A stretch of 64,000 nucleotides of DNA. Origin: Candidatus Omnitrophota bacterium. Its GTDB lineage: Bacteria; Ratteibacteria; UBA8468; MWAK01. The translations under genes were made by a program, and so were the position numbers. The stretch is from the NCBI GenBank assembly GCA_043826355.1, contig JBDRQI010000003.1, positions 1-64,000 of the forward strand, given 5' to 3'. The notes under the pieces are model-generated. The model did no database searches, had not been told where the DNA came from, and saw only the letters and a list, made by a program, of their open reading frames with translations. Of the stretch, positions 50,391 through 60,619 are shown piece after piece. Each line of letters opens with the position of its first letter. The first letter of the stretch is position 1.

Positions 50391-52473
50391 TTACTCGATT
50401 TTCCAGGACAAAAACTTCCGACGCTTGCGGCCCCGATCGTAAACCGTCGTAATCTTCTTTTCCGCCAGGACCTCCTTCTCTTCTATTTTACCATTTCCAT
50501 TGAAATCTTCAACACTCTGACCGGTAACCGTAATGCGAAAAACATTGCTGCGTACCGTTACCAGGTTGCTGATGCGGCGATAAACCAGTTCCCGCTCGTC
50601 ATCCTCGTCAATCGTCTTTATCGTCGTCTTTAAGGTTATAGCCCCACAAAGAGTTCAGTTTTGGAACCGCGGCGCCGATGTCCAAATGCGGCCGCCCAGC
50701 TACAATTTTCTTGGCTTCTTCTATCCCGATGAAGGGGAGGGTGGTCAAGACCAAAATCGGCGCGGTATTAATGTTGATTCGGGCCGGCGCCGGTAAAGCT
50801 ACCGGCTCGGAAACCGTAAAGATATCCTGGGTTTTAAGGTCCGGACCGGCTTGCCGCCAGAGATTGATTGTCCGCCACTCCCGCATCTGGTGGATATTAC
50901 CCAATTCACCGACCTGAGAGAACGGTCTGTTTTTAATCAGAAAATGGCCGGGCCAGTTTATTCGGTTGACCTCCAGGCCTATTTCGGGCAGGAAAAGCGC
51001 ATTTTGTTTACCCGGAGAAGCCGGACCGGGAAACCAGTCAAAAAGACCGCTCATCCTGGGGTCGTTCTTCTGTTTGGTTATCTTTCCGTAAAAATCCGGG
51101 CCGTAATTGGTACTCTCAATCGTGTTGCCTTTTTCGTCAGACAAAATCAACCGGGAACCCAGGATGGGCAGACCCGCGAACTCTTCATATTGTTCGCAAC
51201 CTTTCGGTATAGAGTCAAAAAAAGGAATGACGACCACCTCCGGCGGCCAGGAGGCGAAATTGATTGATATCCGGAGGGCAAACCGGTCGCCGACGGTGTA
51301 GTAACCGCCGCCGGAAATCCGGGCCTCTTTTTTGAGCATAACCGAAAATAAGTTGCCAACATCAATCTTCCACCCTCCGATAAAAATGGACTCGGGGTAA
51401 GGATTGAAGAGTTCCAGAAACTCACCTTTGCTCCACCAGAAGGTAAGCACGCTTCCGGTCCATCTTTCTTCAAGGTCCGGAGCCGCTTCCACTTCGTTAA
51501 AATACGGCGTTCTTTCCAATCCGTAATAGGTGTTATTGTCCGAGTCCGTGTCTTGGGTGGGCAGGGAATCTGAGTCCCGATAATCCCGAATGTTTACCGC
51601 CAGCTGGCAGAGCTGGGCTTCGCTGGTAAAACCGCAGCGCCGCAAACCTTCTTTAATTTCGTTGATTGACGCCCGGTTAAGGTTGATGCGCGGCCGGCCT
51701 TCGGAATCAATGTTTTTATCATACGAAAAAATGGTGACCAGATTTTTAACCTTTTCGTAGATTTCCGGTCCAACGCCGGCAACCCCTTTCAGGTCTTCCG
51801 GAGAAAAAAAGGGGCGGTCGTCGCCGCGCGCGCCGGTTTCCGCAAATTCATCCGGCTCGTTGATACCTTCGCCCGGTTCGTCGAAAATACCGTCGCCGTC
51901 GTTGTCTATCCCGTCTGCCGTTAAAAAAAAGTTGTCGGAATCATCATCGCCGGGTCCGCCCGGCAGACCGTTGGGGCCGTAGCGGTAAAGGCAGACGTTC
52001 CGGGCCGTTTCCAGACTGAAACCCGGCAGATTGCCCGGAGAGATTTCGTTCACCTTCCAACCCTCATTAACACCCTGGTATCCGTTTCGGGAAATATTTC
52101 CCGCCGCATTAAGGTGGACCTTGGCAGATTCATCCTCCACCAGAACGGCGTATCTTCCGACAATCCGGCCTCTTTTTTTAACTAAAATCCAACGGCTGTC
52201 GGCCGAGCCGTCGGTATCGTTGTCCACCTCGTCTCCGATGAAATCACGGCGCCACGATTCATCGTAATGGTCAACGGTCGGGTCATCGTTCTGCAGGCGC
52301 AGGAGGGCCTCGGCCACGCCGGCTTCAGCCATCTCTTTTGCTTTCACTTCCTGAAGATTAAAAACGGCGATTCTGGCTCCGGTGCGTCCCAGGATCAGGT
52401 AGGTCACGGTAGCCGCCAAAAAAAGCGCCAGCAGACCGATAACCAAAATAAGCACATCGCCCCGTTTGTTCAT
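50391..52473 (-). pseudogene. GspK/PilX-like protein with HhH, acidic DxDxDG and lamin-tail-like segments; frameshifted near 50610
   Basis: KRGDVLILVI N-terminus, VEDESAKVHLN, RININTAP HhH; ORF stops at 50608 but a GspK-type tail (LVTVRSNVFRITVTG...VYDR) continues in another frame to TAA 50391. Confidence 0.7.
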
Positions 52474-52475
52474 AA

Positions 52476-53114
52476 TCAGTTATTTTTAATTTCAAAAACC
52501 GCGTGATAGTTGCGGCGAAAAACCTGGCCCTCAGAGGACTTCTGCCCTGACAGTTGAAAATCCAGGAAGACCGCCTTCGGAAGGGTTCCCTTTTCCGGGC
52601 CTTCCCCGGAGCTGTCCCAGGCTGGCCGCGGCTCGTTTCCGTCAAAGTAGGAAAAACGAAATTTTGTAACGCCGCCGGAAAGTGGCTGGCTCCCGGTTTT
52701 GCCGGAAACCGAAAAAATTTTCGGACCGGCTCCGGCCCTTTCCTCGGCAACATATACCGCGTTTTCCTTTTCTTCCCAAAAGATGTTTATCCGGGCAAAA
52801 TCGGTCTTCTTTTCGTTCCCCGGAAGCAGGGCGCAAAAAGATATCTTTTCCGGACCCCCGGAAAATTTCAGCTCTGCGCCGCCGCCATCCGTTAAAACGG
52901 CGCCCGGCACAAGCCGGTTTAAAAAGGCGGTCAGGTTCCGGGCCTCAATTTGAGCGGATGCTTCCGATTCGCCCCGGAACCAGCTGCGGCTGGCCGTGCG
53001 CAGGAGAAGCAGGCATCCGCCGACAATGACCAACAGCAGAAAAGAAGCAATCAGCAATTCCAGCAAACTGAAGCCGGATTTCATTTCAGGCCGGCTAAGA
53101 TTTTTGCGCGTCAT
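52476..53114 (-). CDS. minor pseudopilin (GspJ-like)
   Basis: prepilin motif GFSLLE; C-terminal FSYFDG...W...LPKAV. Confidence 0.85.
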   Translation of the reverse strand: MTRKNLSRPEMKSGFSLLELLIASFLLLVIVGGCLLLLRTASRSWFRGESEASAQIEARNLTAFLNRLVPGAVLTDGGGAELKFSGGPEKISFCALLPGNEKKTDFARINIFWEEKENAVYVAEERAGAGPKIFSVSGKTGSQPLSGGVTKFRFSYFDGNEPRPAWDSSGEGPEKGTLPKAVFLDFQLSGQKSSEGQVFRRNYHAVFEIKNN

Positions 53115-53467
53115 TTTTTGACGAATCTTGTTTCAAAAGTTTCCTTCTCTTCTTTGCCGCCTTCCTTCCAATAAACGTCAAGCGAGACAAAATACATCCC
53201 GCCGTCTTTTTCTATTGCCGCCGTCCACCGGAATCCGTCCAGATCCTCTCCGGAAATTTCCGCCGGGGGAGGCGGGCTGTCCTCCCCGGAATAACGAACC
53301 CGGATTAAAGAAATTTCTTTTTCGGCTATCGCGGCGGCCCGGCTGTAAAAAACCGTCTGGCTTACCGCCTGGTGGCCGGAAGGCATCAGGGAAAGGATTG
53401 AGATAATCCCGGTCGCAAAAATGACCAGGGCTATGATAACCACCAGGAGGGAATATCCGTTCTTCAT
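53111..53467 (-). CDS. minor pseudopilin (GspI/PilV-like)
   Basis: KNGYSLLV + hydrophobic helix (E5 replaced by V); FRWT..VYW. Confidence 0.75.
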   Translation of the reverse strand: MKNGYSLLVVIIALVIFATGIISILSLMPSGHQAVSQTVFYSRAAAIAEKEISLIRVRYSGEDSPPPPAEISGEDLDGFRWTAAIEKDGGMYFVSLDVYWKEGGKEEKETFETRFVKK

Positions 53468-53910
53468 TCTATCTTAACCTTGCCGGTCAGGTTATACAGG
53501 ATTATCCTGTGTTTCCGGCCGGTACGCTCGTCTTTGACGACCATTGAACCGGAAACACCGAACAGCCCTCCGTCCGGTCGGAAAATAATGGGAGGAAAGT
53601 TGCTGGAAAACGAAACGATGCGTATTCCATCCGGGAGTTTTTCCTCCCGGCCGATTTTTTCTCCGGTTTTCACATTATTGATGCGCAGGGTATCTCCGGT
53701 GCGGCTGATCAGCACTTCAAAATTATTGCGGTCCTTGATCGCCTGGAAGCGCGCCAGATTAAGGGTTTGTTTTACCGTCAAACAGGCTAACTTAAGCTCC
53801 CTTTCCTTCTGATGACGCAGAAATTGAGGCAACGTTCCCCAGATTAAACAAACCGTCAGAAACAATACAACCAGCGCCTCAATCAAACTAATCCCTCTTT
53901 TCCTCTTCAT
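53464..53910 (-). CDS. minor pseudopilin (GspH/FimT-like)
   Basis: RGISLIE, LNLARFQAI, IIFRPDG, TGKV. Confidence 0.82.
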   Translation of the reverse strand: MKRKRGISLIEALVVLFLTVCLIWGTLPQFLRHQKERELKLACLTVKQTLNLARFQAIKDRNNFEVLISRTGDTLRINNVKTGEKIGREEKLPDGIRIVSFSSNFPPIIFRPDGGLFGVSGSMVVKDERTGRKHRIILYNLTGKVKIE

Positions 53911-53949
53911 TTTTCCAAACACTTGTGTAATATGTCGTTTTTCTTCAAG

Positions 53950-54185
53950 CTTGGGTGTCTGGTTCGTAAAACTTCACGGAGTGTCAGCTACAAAACAAGC
54001 AGGACGGAGAGGTGAGTATCCGGGGCTCACCTGTAATCTAGGTGAGAGCCCGGCCAGCAACTGACCCACTTCCGTCTCTTCGGCGTATGGCCGGGACAAG
54101 TGTTGTTCTCAACACGGAGAGGCTCGCCTCGCAGTTGCGCAGTTTTGTCTGACATGCAGGGCGTTTCACGGACCAGACACCCAAG
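53950..54185. repeat. long structured palindromic element, copy 2, with 64-nt extra domain
   Basis: 14-bp terminal IR CTTGGGTGTCTGGT/ACCAGACACCCAAG; core homologous to 11226-11334. Confidence 0.85.
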
Positions 54186-54187
54186 TG

Positions 54188-54625
54188 CTACCAATTGCCA
54201 ATATCATCCTCAGTCCCTCTTTTCCGGTCCGGTCCGCAGGAAAAGAGCAAAAAAGGCGCTGATTGATGTACTTGCTGCGGGTATTGATACTGGTAGGGTT
54301 CTTTCCACGGATCCAACAGTTCTCCGGCCTGAAGGTCTTTTTCCTTAAAACGCAGATAGGGACCTTTCCAACGGGGGTTTTCGGTTTCCCCGATCAGGAC
54401 ACTTAACACTTCCCGGAAGGTACCGGAATGGGTCGGATAATCGCCGAAATCGGTTTCGTACAGGGAAAGGGCTGTTTCAAGCGCAATGATGGTTGCCTGG
54501 ACTTTGGTGAACAACCCTCTCTGTCTTGCTTTTTGGCTGGCCGGTAAAACAAGACCGGCCAGAATGGCTCCGATGGCTACAACGATCAGTGTCTCCAGCA
54601 GGGAAAAACCTCTGCGATTAACCAC
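54188..54625 (-). CDS. gspG: major pseudopilin
   Basis: RGFSLLE, WKGPYL, DPWKEPYQY, SCGPD..GTEDDIGNW. Confidence 0.9.
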   Translation of the reverse strand: MVNRRGFSLLETLIVVAIGAILAGLVLPASQKARQRGLFTKVQATIIALETALSLYETDFGDYPTHSGTFREVLSVLIGETENPRWKGPYLRFKEKDLQAGELLDPWKEPYQYQYPQQVHQSAPFLLFSCGPDRKRGTEDDIGNW

Positions 54626-55898
54626 CGGACATACTCATGGCAAGTGTAATAAGCGGCATAAAGAGAGAGACAACGATAAATCCGACCACGCCACCCATAA
54701 ATACGATTAGAATTGGTTCAATCATCGAGGCAAGCGCTTCCACCGCGCGGTCCACTTCCTCTTCGTAGGCATCAGCCACCTTGTCCAGCATCGCATCCAG
54801 TGTACCGGTTTCCTCACCCACGGCCACCATGTTGATCAACATTGGCGGAAAAACAGCAGTTTTAATCATCGGGTTACTCACACCGGCGCCTTCCTTTACC
54901 TCATCATGTACTTTTCCAATCGCTTGGCTGACCACCTGATTGCCGACTGTTTCCCGCACAATTTCGAAAGCGGTTAAAATGGGAACACCGCTGGTAATTA
55001 AGGTTGCCAGTGTCCGAGCAAATCTGGCGATGATGGTTTTATATGTCACCGGTCCGGCCAGCGGGATTTTAAGTTTGGCCGAATCAATCATATACCGGGT
55101 GGTAGGAATACGTAAGAGAATCCGGTAAGCAATAACTATTACGATGAGTATCAAGATACCAAGCCAGAGACGGGTGGTTAAAAATCCGCTTAAAAAGATC
55201 AGGAAACGAGTGGGAGGCGGCAGCGCCCCGGCTTCAAAATCTTGAAATATGGTCACAAATACCGGCACGATCTTTAACATAATAAACGCGACGATACCGG
55301 TAGCAACAATTACGATTACCGTCGGATACGCCATGGCCGCCTTTATCTTCCCCCGCAACTTTGCGTCCTTTTCCGCAAATTCCGCCAGGCGGTTTAAGAC
55401 GCTATCCATGGAACCGCTGCTTTCACCGGCCCGAACCATTGCGATGTAAATGCGCGGAAAACTTTTGGGGTGTTTCGCCATCGCCTGGGAAAGAAGCGCT
55501 CCCTGTTCTACCTCGGCTGCCAGACTTTCTACAACCGTAGCCGCACCTCCTTTCTGCTGGTCTCTGATGGTACGCAAAGCACGCAACAATGCAAGCCCGG
55601 AACTTAAAAGAGTTGCTAACTGCCGGGTAATAACTGCCAGAACTTTTGTTTTGATTACGGCGCCGCCGAAGGAGAAAGAGAGAGAAAAACCGCTCTTTTT
55701 TGCCTTTACCGCCGGCCCGGACGCTGCTGTCCTTCCCGCGGCGGGCGCCGGTTTATTTGCTCTCGTTTCGGCTAAATCGGAAAGGGTCAAGCCCCGTTCC
55801 TTGAGGACGGTAATCGCCGCCTGCAGTCCTTCGGATTCAACCGTACCGGAAACAATCTTCCCTTTTCCATCAAAACCGCTGTATTTGAAGGTTCCCAT
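54618..55898 (-). CDS. pilC: T2SS/T4P inner membrane platform protein (GspF/PilC)
   Basis: RQLATLLSSG, AGESSG, AMAYP, VGEETG, MIEP. Confidence 0.95.
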   Translation of the reverse strand: MGTFKYSGFDGKGKIVSGTVESEGLQAAITVLKERGLTLSDLAETRANKPAPAAGRTAASGPAVKAKKSGFSLSFSFGGAVIKTKVLAVITRQLATLLSSGLALLRALRTIRDQQKGGAATVVESLAAEVEQGALLSQAMAKHPKSFPRIYIAMVRAGESSGSMDSVLNRLAEFAEKDAKLRGKIKAAMAYPTVIVIVATGIVAFIMLKIVPVFVTIFQDFEAGALPPPTRFLIFLSGFLTTRLWLGILILIVIVIAYRILLRIPTTRYMIDSAKLKIPLAGPVTYKTIIARFARTLATLITSGVPILTAFEIVRETVGNQVVSQAIGKVHDEVKEGAGVSNPMIKTAVFPPMLINMVAVGEETGTLDAMLDKVADAYEEEVDRAVEALASMIEPILIVFMGGVVGFIVVSLFMPLITLAMSMSGG

Positions 55899-55905
55899 AA
55901 ATATT

Positions 55906-56007
55906 CAGCATACAGCATACAGTAAACGGTAGGACAAGGGGAAAAATCATTCTTTAAATGTCTTAAGTTTTTCCCCGCATACTATGCTACTTTATGCTGT
56001 CTACTGC
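55906..56007. repeat. inverted 7-mer tandem-repeat element
   Basis: CAGCATA CAGCATA CAGTAAA CGGTAGG ... TATGCTAC..TATGCTG TCTACTG; inner GGGGAAAAA/TTTTTCCCC stem. Confidence 0.75.
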
Positions 56008-56009
56008 CC

Positions 56010-57719
56010 TTACGCGTAACCATGAATTTCATGACTAACTTCACTGATAGTCGTTATTCCCTTCAAAATTTTTTCCTGGCCGTCCAACGTCATGGTGTGC
56101 ATTCCTTGTTCTACGGCCTTTTTCCGGATTTCACTCAGTGGTTTTCGGGCGATAACCATTGCCCATAATTCCTCATTAGGCACCAGGACTTCGAAAAGGG
56201 CGGTTCTGCCCCGAAATCCGCCTTTACAACGCGTGCAGCCCTTAGGTTGATAAAATTTTTGGTCTTTGACCTTTTCCGGCTTAAAACCAACCTCCGTCAA
56301 TTCTAACTCTTTTGGCGTATATTCCAACTTGCATTCCGGACAAAGTGTTCGCACCAGGCGCTGTCCGATAATACCAATAATTGTGGAAGAAAGGAGGTAG
56401 GGTTCAATCGTCATATCCATTAACCGGGTAATCGCACTGGGCGAATCGTTGGTGTGCAGGGAGGAAACTACCAAGTGTCCGGTCAAACTGGCCTGAATAG
56501 CGATTTCCGCTGTTTCCAAATCCCGAATTTCTCCCACAAAAATAATATCCGGATCCTGCCGCAGAATAGAACGCAGACAAGAAGAAAAGGTAAGCCCGAT
56601 CTTTTCCCTGATCGGAACCTGGATGGCGCCGGGTAAAAGATACTCCACCGGGTCTTCGGTTGTAATCAATTTGATATCCGGCGAGTTAAGCTCTTTAAGA
56701 GACGCATAAAGGGTGGTGGTCTTTCCGCATCCGGTAGGACCGGTTGCCAGAATAATTCCTTGCGGTACCTTAATCAGGTTTTCAATCTTTTCCTGGTCAT
56801 CGGGATGCAGTCCGATGTTATCCAAGCGGAAATCAACCCGGGTCCGGTCCAGGACGCGCACCGCCAGACATTCCCCGAAAACCGTCGGAACCGTAGAAAG
56901 ACGCAGGTCAAGGTCCCGACCGCCCGTATGAAATTCCAGCCGGCCGTCCTGGGGAAGCCGCCTTTCCGAAATATCCATTCCGGACATAATCTTGAACCGA
57001 CAGAAAAGCCCGAAAGCCAAATCCTTGTACGGGTGAACCAGGTCGTAGAGTTTTCCATCCACGCGGTAACGCACCCGGAAATCGTTTTCGAAAGGTTCCA
57101 GATGTATATCGCTGGCATTGTCCTTGCATACCTGAAGAAGAATTACGTTAAAAAGGCTGGTAACCGGCGGCTGGTTAGCCAATTCTTCCAGGGTGGAAAC
57201 GTCGGTTATTTGGTCGGTGCCGGCTTTTACTCCAAGGTCAACGTCCGTCTCTGCGAAATAACTCATGATTTCGTTGATGGACATTGTTTCCCGGCCGTAA
57301 TATTTCTCCAGGGCGGCATCAAGTTCTTTCGGGTCAGCCAGCACCATTTTTACATTTCGACCAAGGGTAAAACGAATGTTTTCCTGGACAAAATCGTTTA
57401 AAACATCGTTAACTGCAAGGATAACTGTATCCCGGCCTTCCTGTCCCACCGGCAGAATTTGGTAGGTCTTCGCAATGACGGCCGGAATTAATTTGATTAT
57501 GTTCGGCGGGATATCTTTTTTGGCAAGTTCAATCGTTTCTATACCGCTCTGAACCGAAAGCACCCGGCGCAGGACATTTTCATCCACAAAATGAAGGTCA
57601 ACCAGGGTCCGTCCCAGGAATTTTCCGGTGCGTTGCTGCTCTTCTAAAGCAACCCGCAGCCGCTCCTCGGATAACAGGTTCATCTCCTTCAAAACTTGAC
57701 CTAAAAGTTTTCTAGCCAT
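56010..57719 (-). CDS. pilB: GspE/PilB assembly ATPase
   Basis: MshEN-like N-terminus, ASDIHLEP, GPTGCGKTT, LRQDPD, tetracysteine motif. Confidence 0.94.
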   Translation of the reverse strand: MARKLLGQVLKEMNLLSEERLRVALEEQQRTGKFLGRTLVDLHFVDENVLRRVLSVQSGIETIELAKKDIPPNIIKLIPAVIAKTYQILPVGQEGRDTVILAVNDVLNDFVQENIRFTLGRNVKMVLADPKELDAALEKYYGRETMSINEIMSYFAETDVDLGVKAGTDQITDVSTLEELANQPPVTSLFNVILLQVCKDNASDIHLEPFENDFRVRYRVDGKLYDLVHPYKDLAFGLFCRFKIMSGMDISERRLPQDGRLEFHTGGRDLDLRLSTVPTVFGECLAVRVLDRTRVDFRLDNIGLHPDDQEKIENLIKVPQGIILATGPTGCGKTTTLYASLKELNSPDIKLITTEDPVEYLLPGAIQVPIREKIGLTFSSCLRSILRQDPDIIFVGEIRDLETAEIAIQASLTGHLVVSSLHTNDSPSAITRLMDMTIEPYLLSSTIIGIIGQRLVRTLCPECKLEYTPKELELTEVGFKPEKVKDQKFYQPKGCTRCKGGFRGRTALFEVLVPNEELWAMVIARKPLSEIRKKAVEQGMHTMTLDGQEKILKGITTISEVSHEIHGYA

Positions 57720-57743
57720 TTTTTTTGTGGGGTCCCTTGTACT

Positions 57744-58838
57744 TTATACTTTGGGTGGTGGCGCTGTTTCCTGGTCAACCGATAACATGCGTTTTTCCAA
57801 CTGTTCTCCATCATAAGAGGCTTCAGCTGCCTCATGGCGAGTTATTATACCCCGGAAATACGCTTCCAGTAAAGACTGGTCCATAGTTTTCATACCATGC
57901 TTCATTCCGGTTTGAATTTCAGAGACGATCCGATAAGTTTTCTTTTCCCGGATGAGGTTGGCGATAGCCGCCGTGGCAACCATTATTTCGTAAACCGCGA
58001 TGCGTCCCTTTTTGTCAGACCGGGCCAAAAGCTGCTGTGAAACAACCGCTAAAATGGAAGCCGAAAGCATTACCCGAATCTGCTCCTGTTCTTCGATGGG
58101 AAACGATTCCACAATACGGTCAACGGTGCGGGAGGCGCCGGTAGTGTGCAGAGTCGCAAAAACAAGGTGCCCGGTTTCGGCCGCAGTTATCGCCGCTCGA
58201 ATCGTTTCGGTATCGCGCATTTCACCAACCAAAAATACATCCGGATCCTGCCGCAGGCCTCTTCTTAAACCCTCGGAAAAATTTGGCAGGTCAACACCCA
58301 ATTCCCGTTGGGAAATAATAGATTTTTTATGTTGGTGGTAATATTCAATCGGGTCTTCAACGGTAATAATGTGCCGGTCCATCGTTTCGTTAATGTGGTT
58401 GATCATGGTTGCCAACGTGGTGGTTTTTCCGCAACCGGTCGGACCGGTTATCAAAAAAAGCCCCCGGGGCCGGCTCAAAAGCTCAACTACTTTTGGACCA
58501 AGACCCAGATATTCAAAAGAATAGAATTTATACGGAATAAGCCGCAGGGAAATTGCAATTTCGCCTTTCTGCCGATAAACAGCCACCCGGAACCGGGCCA
58601 GGTCCTTAAAAGCGAATCCGAAATCGGTGCTGCCGACTTTCGCCAACTCTTCCTGGTGTTGATGGGAAGTAATTGATTTCATATAGCCAACGGTGTCTTC
58701 CGGGGTGAGCGGCTCCTGGTCCATATTCACCAAACTGCCATGCAACCGCATCGTCGGTGGACGGTGAGAGTGAATATGCAAATCGGATCCATCCTCCTTA
58801 ATAATTCGCGTCAGTAGTTCGTCTAACGGCAAAGCCAT
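57744..58838 (-). CDS. pilT: twitching motility retraction ATPase
   Basis: GSDLH, GPTGCGKTT, GEMRD, AAETGH, AIANLIRE. Confidence 0.96.
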   Translation of the reverse strand: MALPLDELLTRIIKEDGSDLHIHSHRPPTMRLHGSLVNMDQEPLTPEDTVGYMKSITSHQHQEELAKVGSTDFGFAFKDLARFRVAVYRQKGEIAISLRLIPYKFYSFEYLGLGPKVVELLSRPRGLFLITGPTGCGKTTTLATMINHINETMDRHIITVEDPIEYYHQHKKSIISQRELGVDLPNFSEGLRRGLRQDPDVFLVGEMRDTETIRAAITAAETGHLVFATLHTTGASRTVDRIVESFPIEEQEQIRVMLSASILAVVSQQLLARSDKKGRIAVYEIMVATAAIANLIREKKTYRIVSEIQTGMKHGMKTMDQSLLEAYFRGIITRHEAAEASYDGEQLEKRMLSVDQETAPPPKV

Positions 58839-58862
58839 ATTTCCTCCTTTTTCCGCAATCCC

Positions 58863-60569
58863 CTAGTCCAGCCCGGTAGCCGAAATCACTTCGTCGTAAG
58901 TAGTTATCCCTTTTTTTACCTTAATTAATCCGTCTTCACCCATAGTGCGCATACCGGAACGGCGGGCGGCGAGCCTTATTTCACTGCTGGGTGCTTTACG
59001 CAAAACCAACTGTCGTATTTCATCGTTTACAATAAAGATTTCAAATATTCCTTTTCGGCCGCGGAAACCGGTATTGTTGCAACTTTCACAACCACCGGGT
59101 CGGCAGACGTCAACCTTTTCATCCGGTCCTATTCTCAAAATTTCTTTCTCTGCCTCGGTCGGCTGATCGTGAACTTTACAGGAGGGACAGAGGATTCGGA
59201 CCAGGCGCTGGGCCATCACACCCTGAAGCGAAGAAGCCACCAGAAAAGGCGCGGTTCCAAGGTCAATCAACCGGGTGGCGGCTGCGGTGGCATCATTGGT
59301 GTGTAACGTGGAAAAAACCAGGTGGCCGGTCAGGGCGGCGCGTAAAGCGATATCCGCCGTTTCGAAATCACGAATCTCACCAACCAGGATTACATCCGGC
59401 GCCTGACGCAAAAGGCTGCGCAGAATCAAGGAAAAAGTCAGACCTATTTCGGTCCGCACCGGGGTTTGATTAATTCCTTCGATCTGGTATTCAACCGGTT
59501 CTTCCACGGTCATAAGTTTACGGTCTGTGGTGTTAAGCGATGAGAGTGAAGTATAAAGAGTCGTTGTCTTACCGCTTCCGGTTGGCCCGGTTACCAGAAC
59601 GATTCCTCCGGAATAACGGAGTAATTCGTTCCACTTTGCTTCATCTTCGGTCAAAAATCCCAGCTGGTTCATGTTTAGCAACATTGAACTTTTATCCAGG
59701 ATTCTCATTACGATGCTCTCACCGTAAATCCCCGGCAAAGAACTGACTCGCAAATCAATCTGCCGACCGCCGGCCCGAATCATAATCCGGCCGTCTTGAG
59801 GCAACCGTTTTTCGGCCAGGTCCATTCCCGCCATCAGTTTAAACCGGGCAATTAAAGAACTCTGGAGAATACGCGGTGGGCTGATGGTTTCGTGAAGAAC
59901 GCCGTCAATCCGGTAACGAATCCGGAACAGATCCTCCAGAGGTTCAACGTGAATATCGCTGGAACGTTTGTTGAGGGCATCGGTAATAATTGCGTTTGCC
60001 AACCGGATGACCGGTGCCTCCATAGCATCTTCCTGTCCTTCTTGTGGCTTGCCGACCGCAGTGAGGCTTTCTTCATTAACTTCTCCGGTATAACCCTTGT
60101 CCACCTTCCCTAAAATAGAAATAAAATCTTCTTTTTCCAGGCCGTAAAACTTACCTAAAAAAGTTTTAATGCTCTCGCTGTCGGTAATTTCCAGCTTTAG
60201 CTTAGTCACGTTCAGGAAGATTTTCAGGTTGTCAATAACCAGGTAGTTTAACGGTTCATCGGTTGCTAAAACCAGCGTTTCGCCATCAAGTTCAATCGGC
60301 ACAACATGGTGCTCCCGGGCAAAACTGGAGGTCACTTTTTCAATAACATCCGGGGGTATTTCGGAAAAAGCCAGCGGCGCCGGGGTTATTCCGATCTGAG
60401 ACAATAAAGAAACACTGGATCCTGACCCGGCAAGGTAGCCCAAATCATTCAACACCTTCTTGATCGACCCGGATTTCCGCAACTGCTCTTTGACTGCCGC
60501 ATCTATCTGCTTACGGTTTAAAAATCCGATATTTTCAATAACCCGGAGAATTTTGCTGGCGGTATGCAT
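58863..60569 (-). CDS. GspE/PilB assembly ATPase (second paralogue)
   Basis: SSDIHVEP, LPQDGR, GPTGSGKTT, LRQAPD, tetracysteine motif. Confidence 0.94.
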   Translation of the reverse strand: MHTASKILRVIENIGFLNRKQIDAAVKEQLRKSGSIKKVLNDLGYLAGSGSSVSLLSQIGITPAPLAFSEIPPDVIEKVTSSFAREHHVVPIELDGETLVLATDEPLNYLVIDNLKIFLNVTKLKLEITDSESIKTFLGKFYGLEKEDFISILGKVDKGYTGEVNEESLTAVGKPQEGQEDAMEAPVIRLANAIITDALNKRSSDIHVEPLEDLFRIRYRIDGVLHETISPPRILQSSLIARFKLMAGMDLAEKRLPQDGRIMIRAGGRQIDLRVSSLPGIYGESIVMRILDKSSMLLNMNQLGFLTEDEAKWNELLRYSGGIVLVTGPTGSGKTTTLYTSLSSLNTTDRKLMTVEEPVEYQIEGINQTPVRTEIGLTFSLILRSLLRQAPDVILVGEIRDFETADIALRAALTGHLVFSTLHTNDATAAATRLIDLGTAPFLVASSLQGVMAQRLVRILCPSCKVHDQPTEAEKEILRIGPDEKVDVCRPGGCESCNNTGFRGRKGIFEIFIVNDEIRQLVLRKAPSSEIRLAARRSGMRTMGEDGLIKVKKGITTYDEVISATGLD

Positions 60570-60619
60570 AATATTATTTAATGGTAATTGTTTATTTTTG
60601 TCAAGACCCAGGTGTCATT

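Noticed and set aside
50605..50612. TGA readthrough (selenocysteine or recoding) in the GspK-like gene
   Set aside because: The continuation is in a different frame, and TGA is a normal stop in many genes here.
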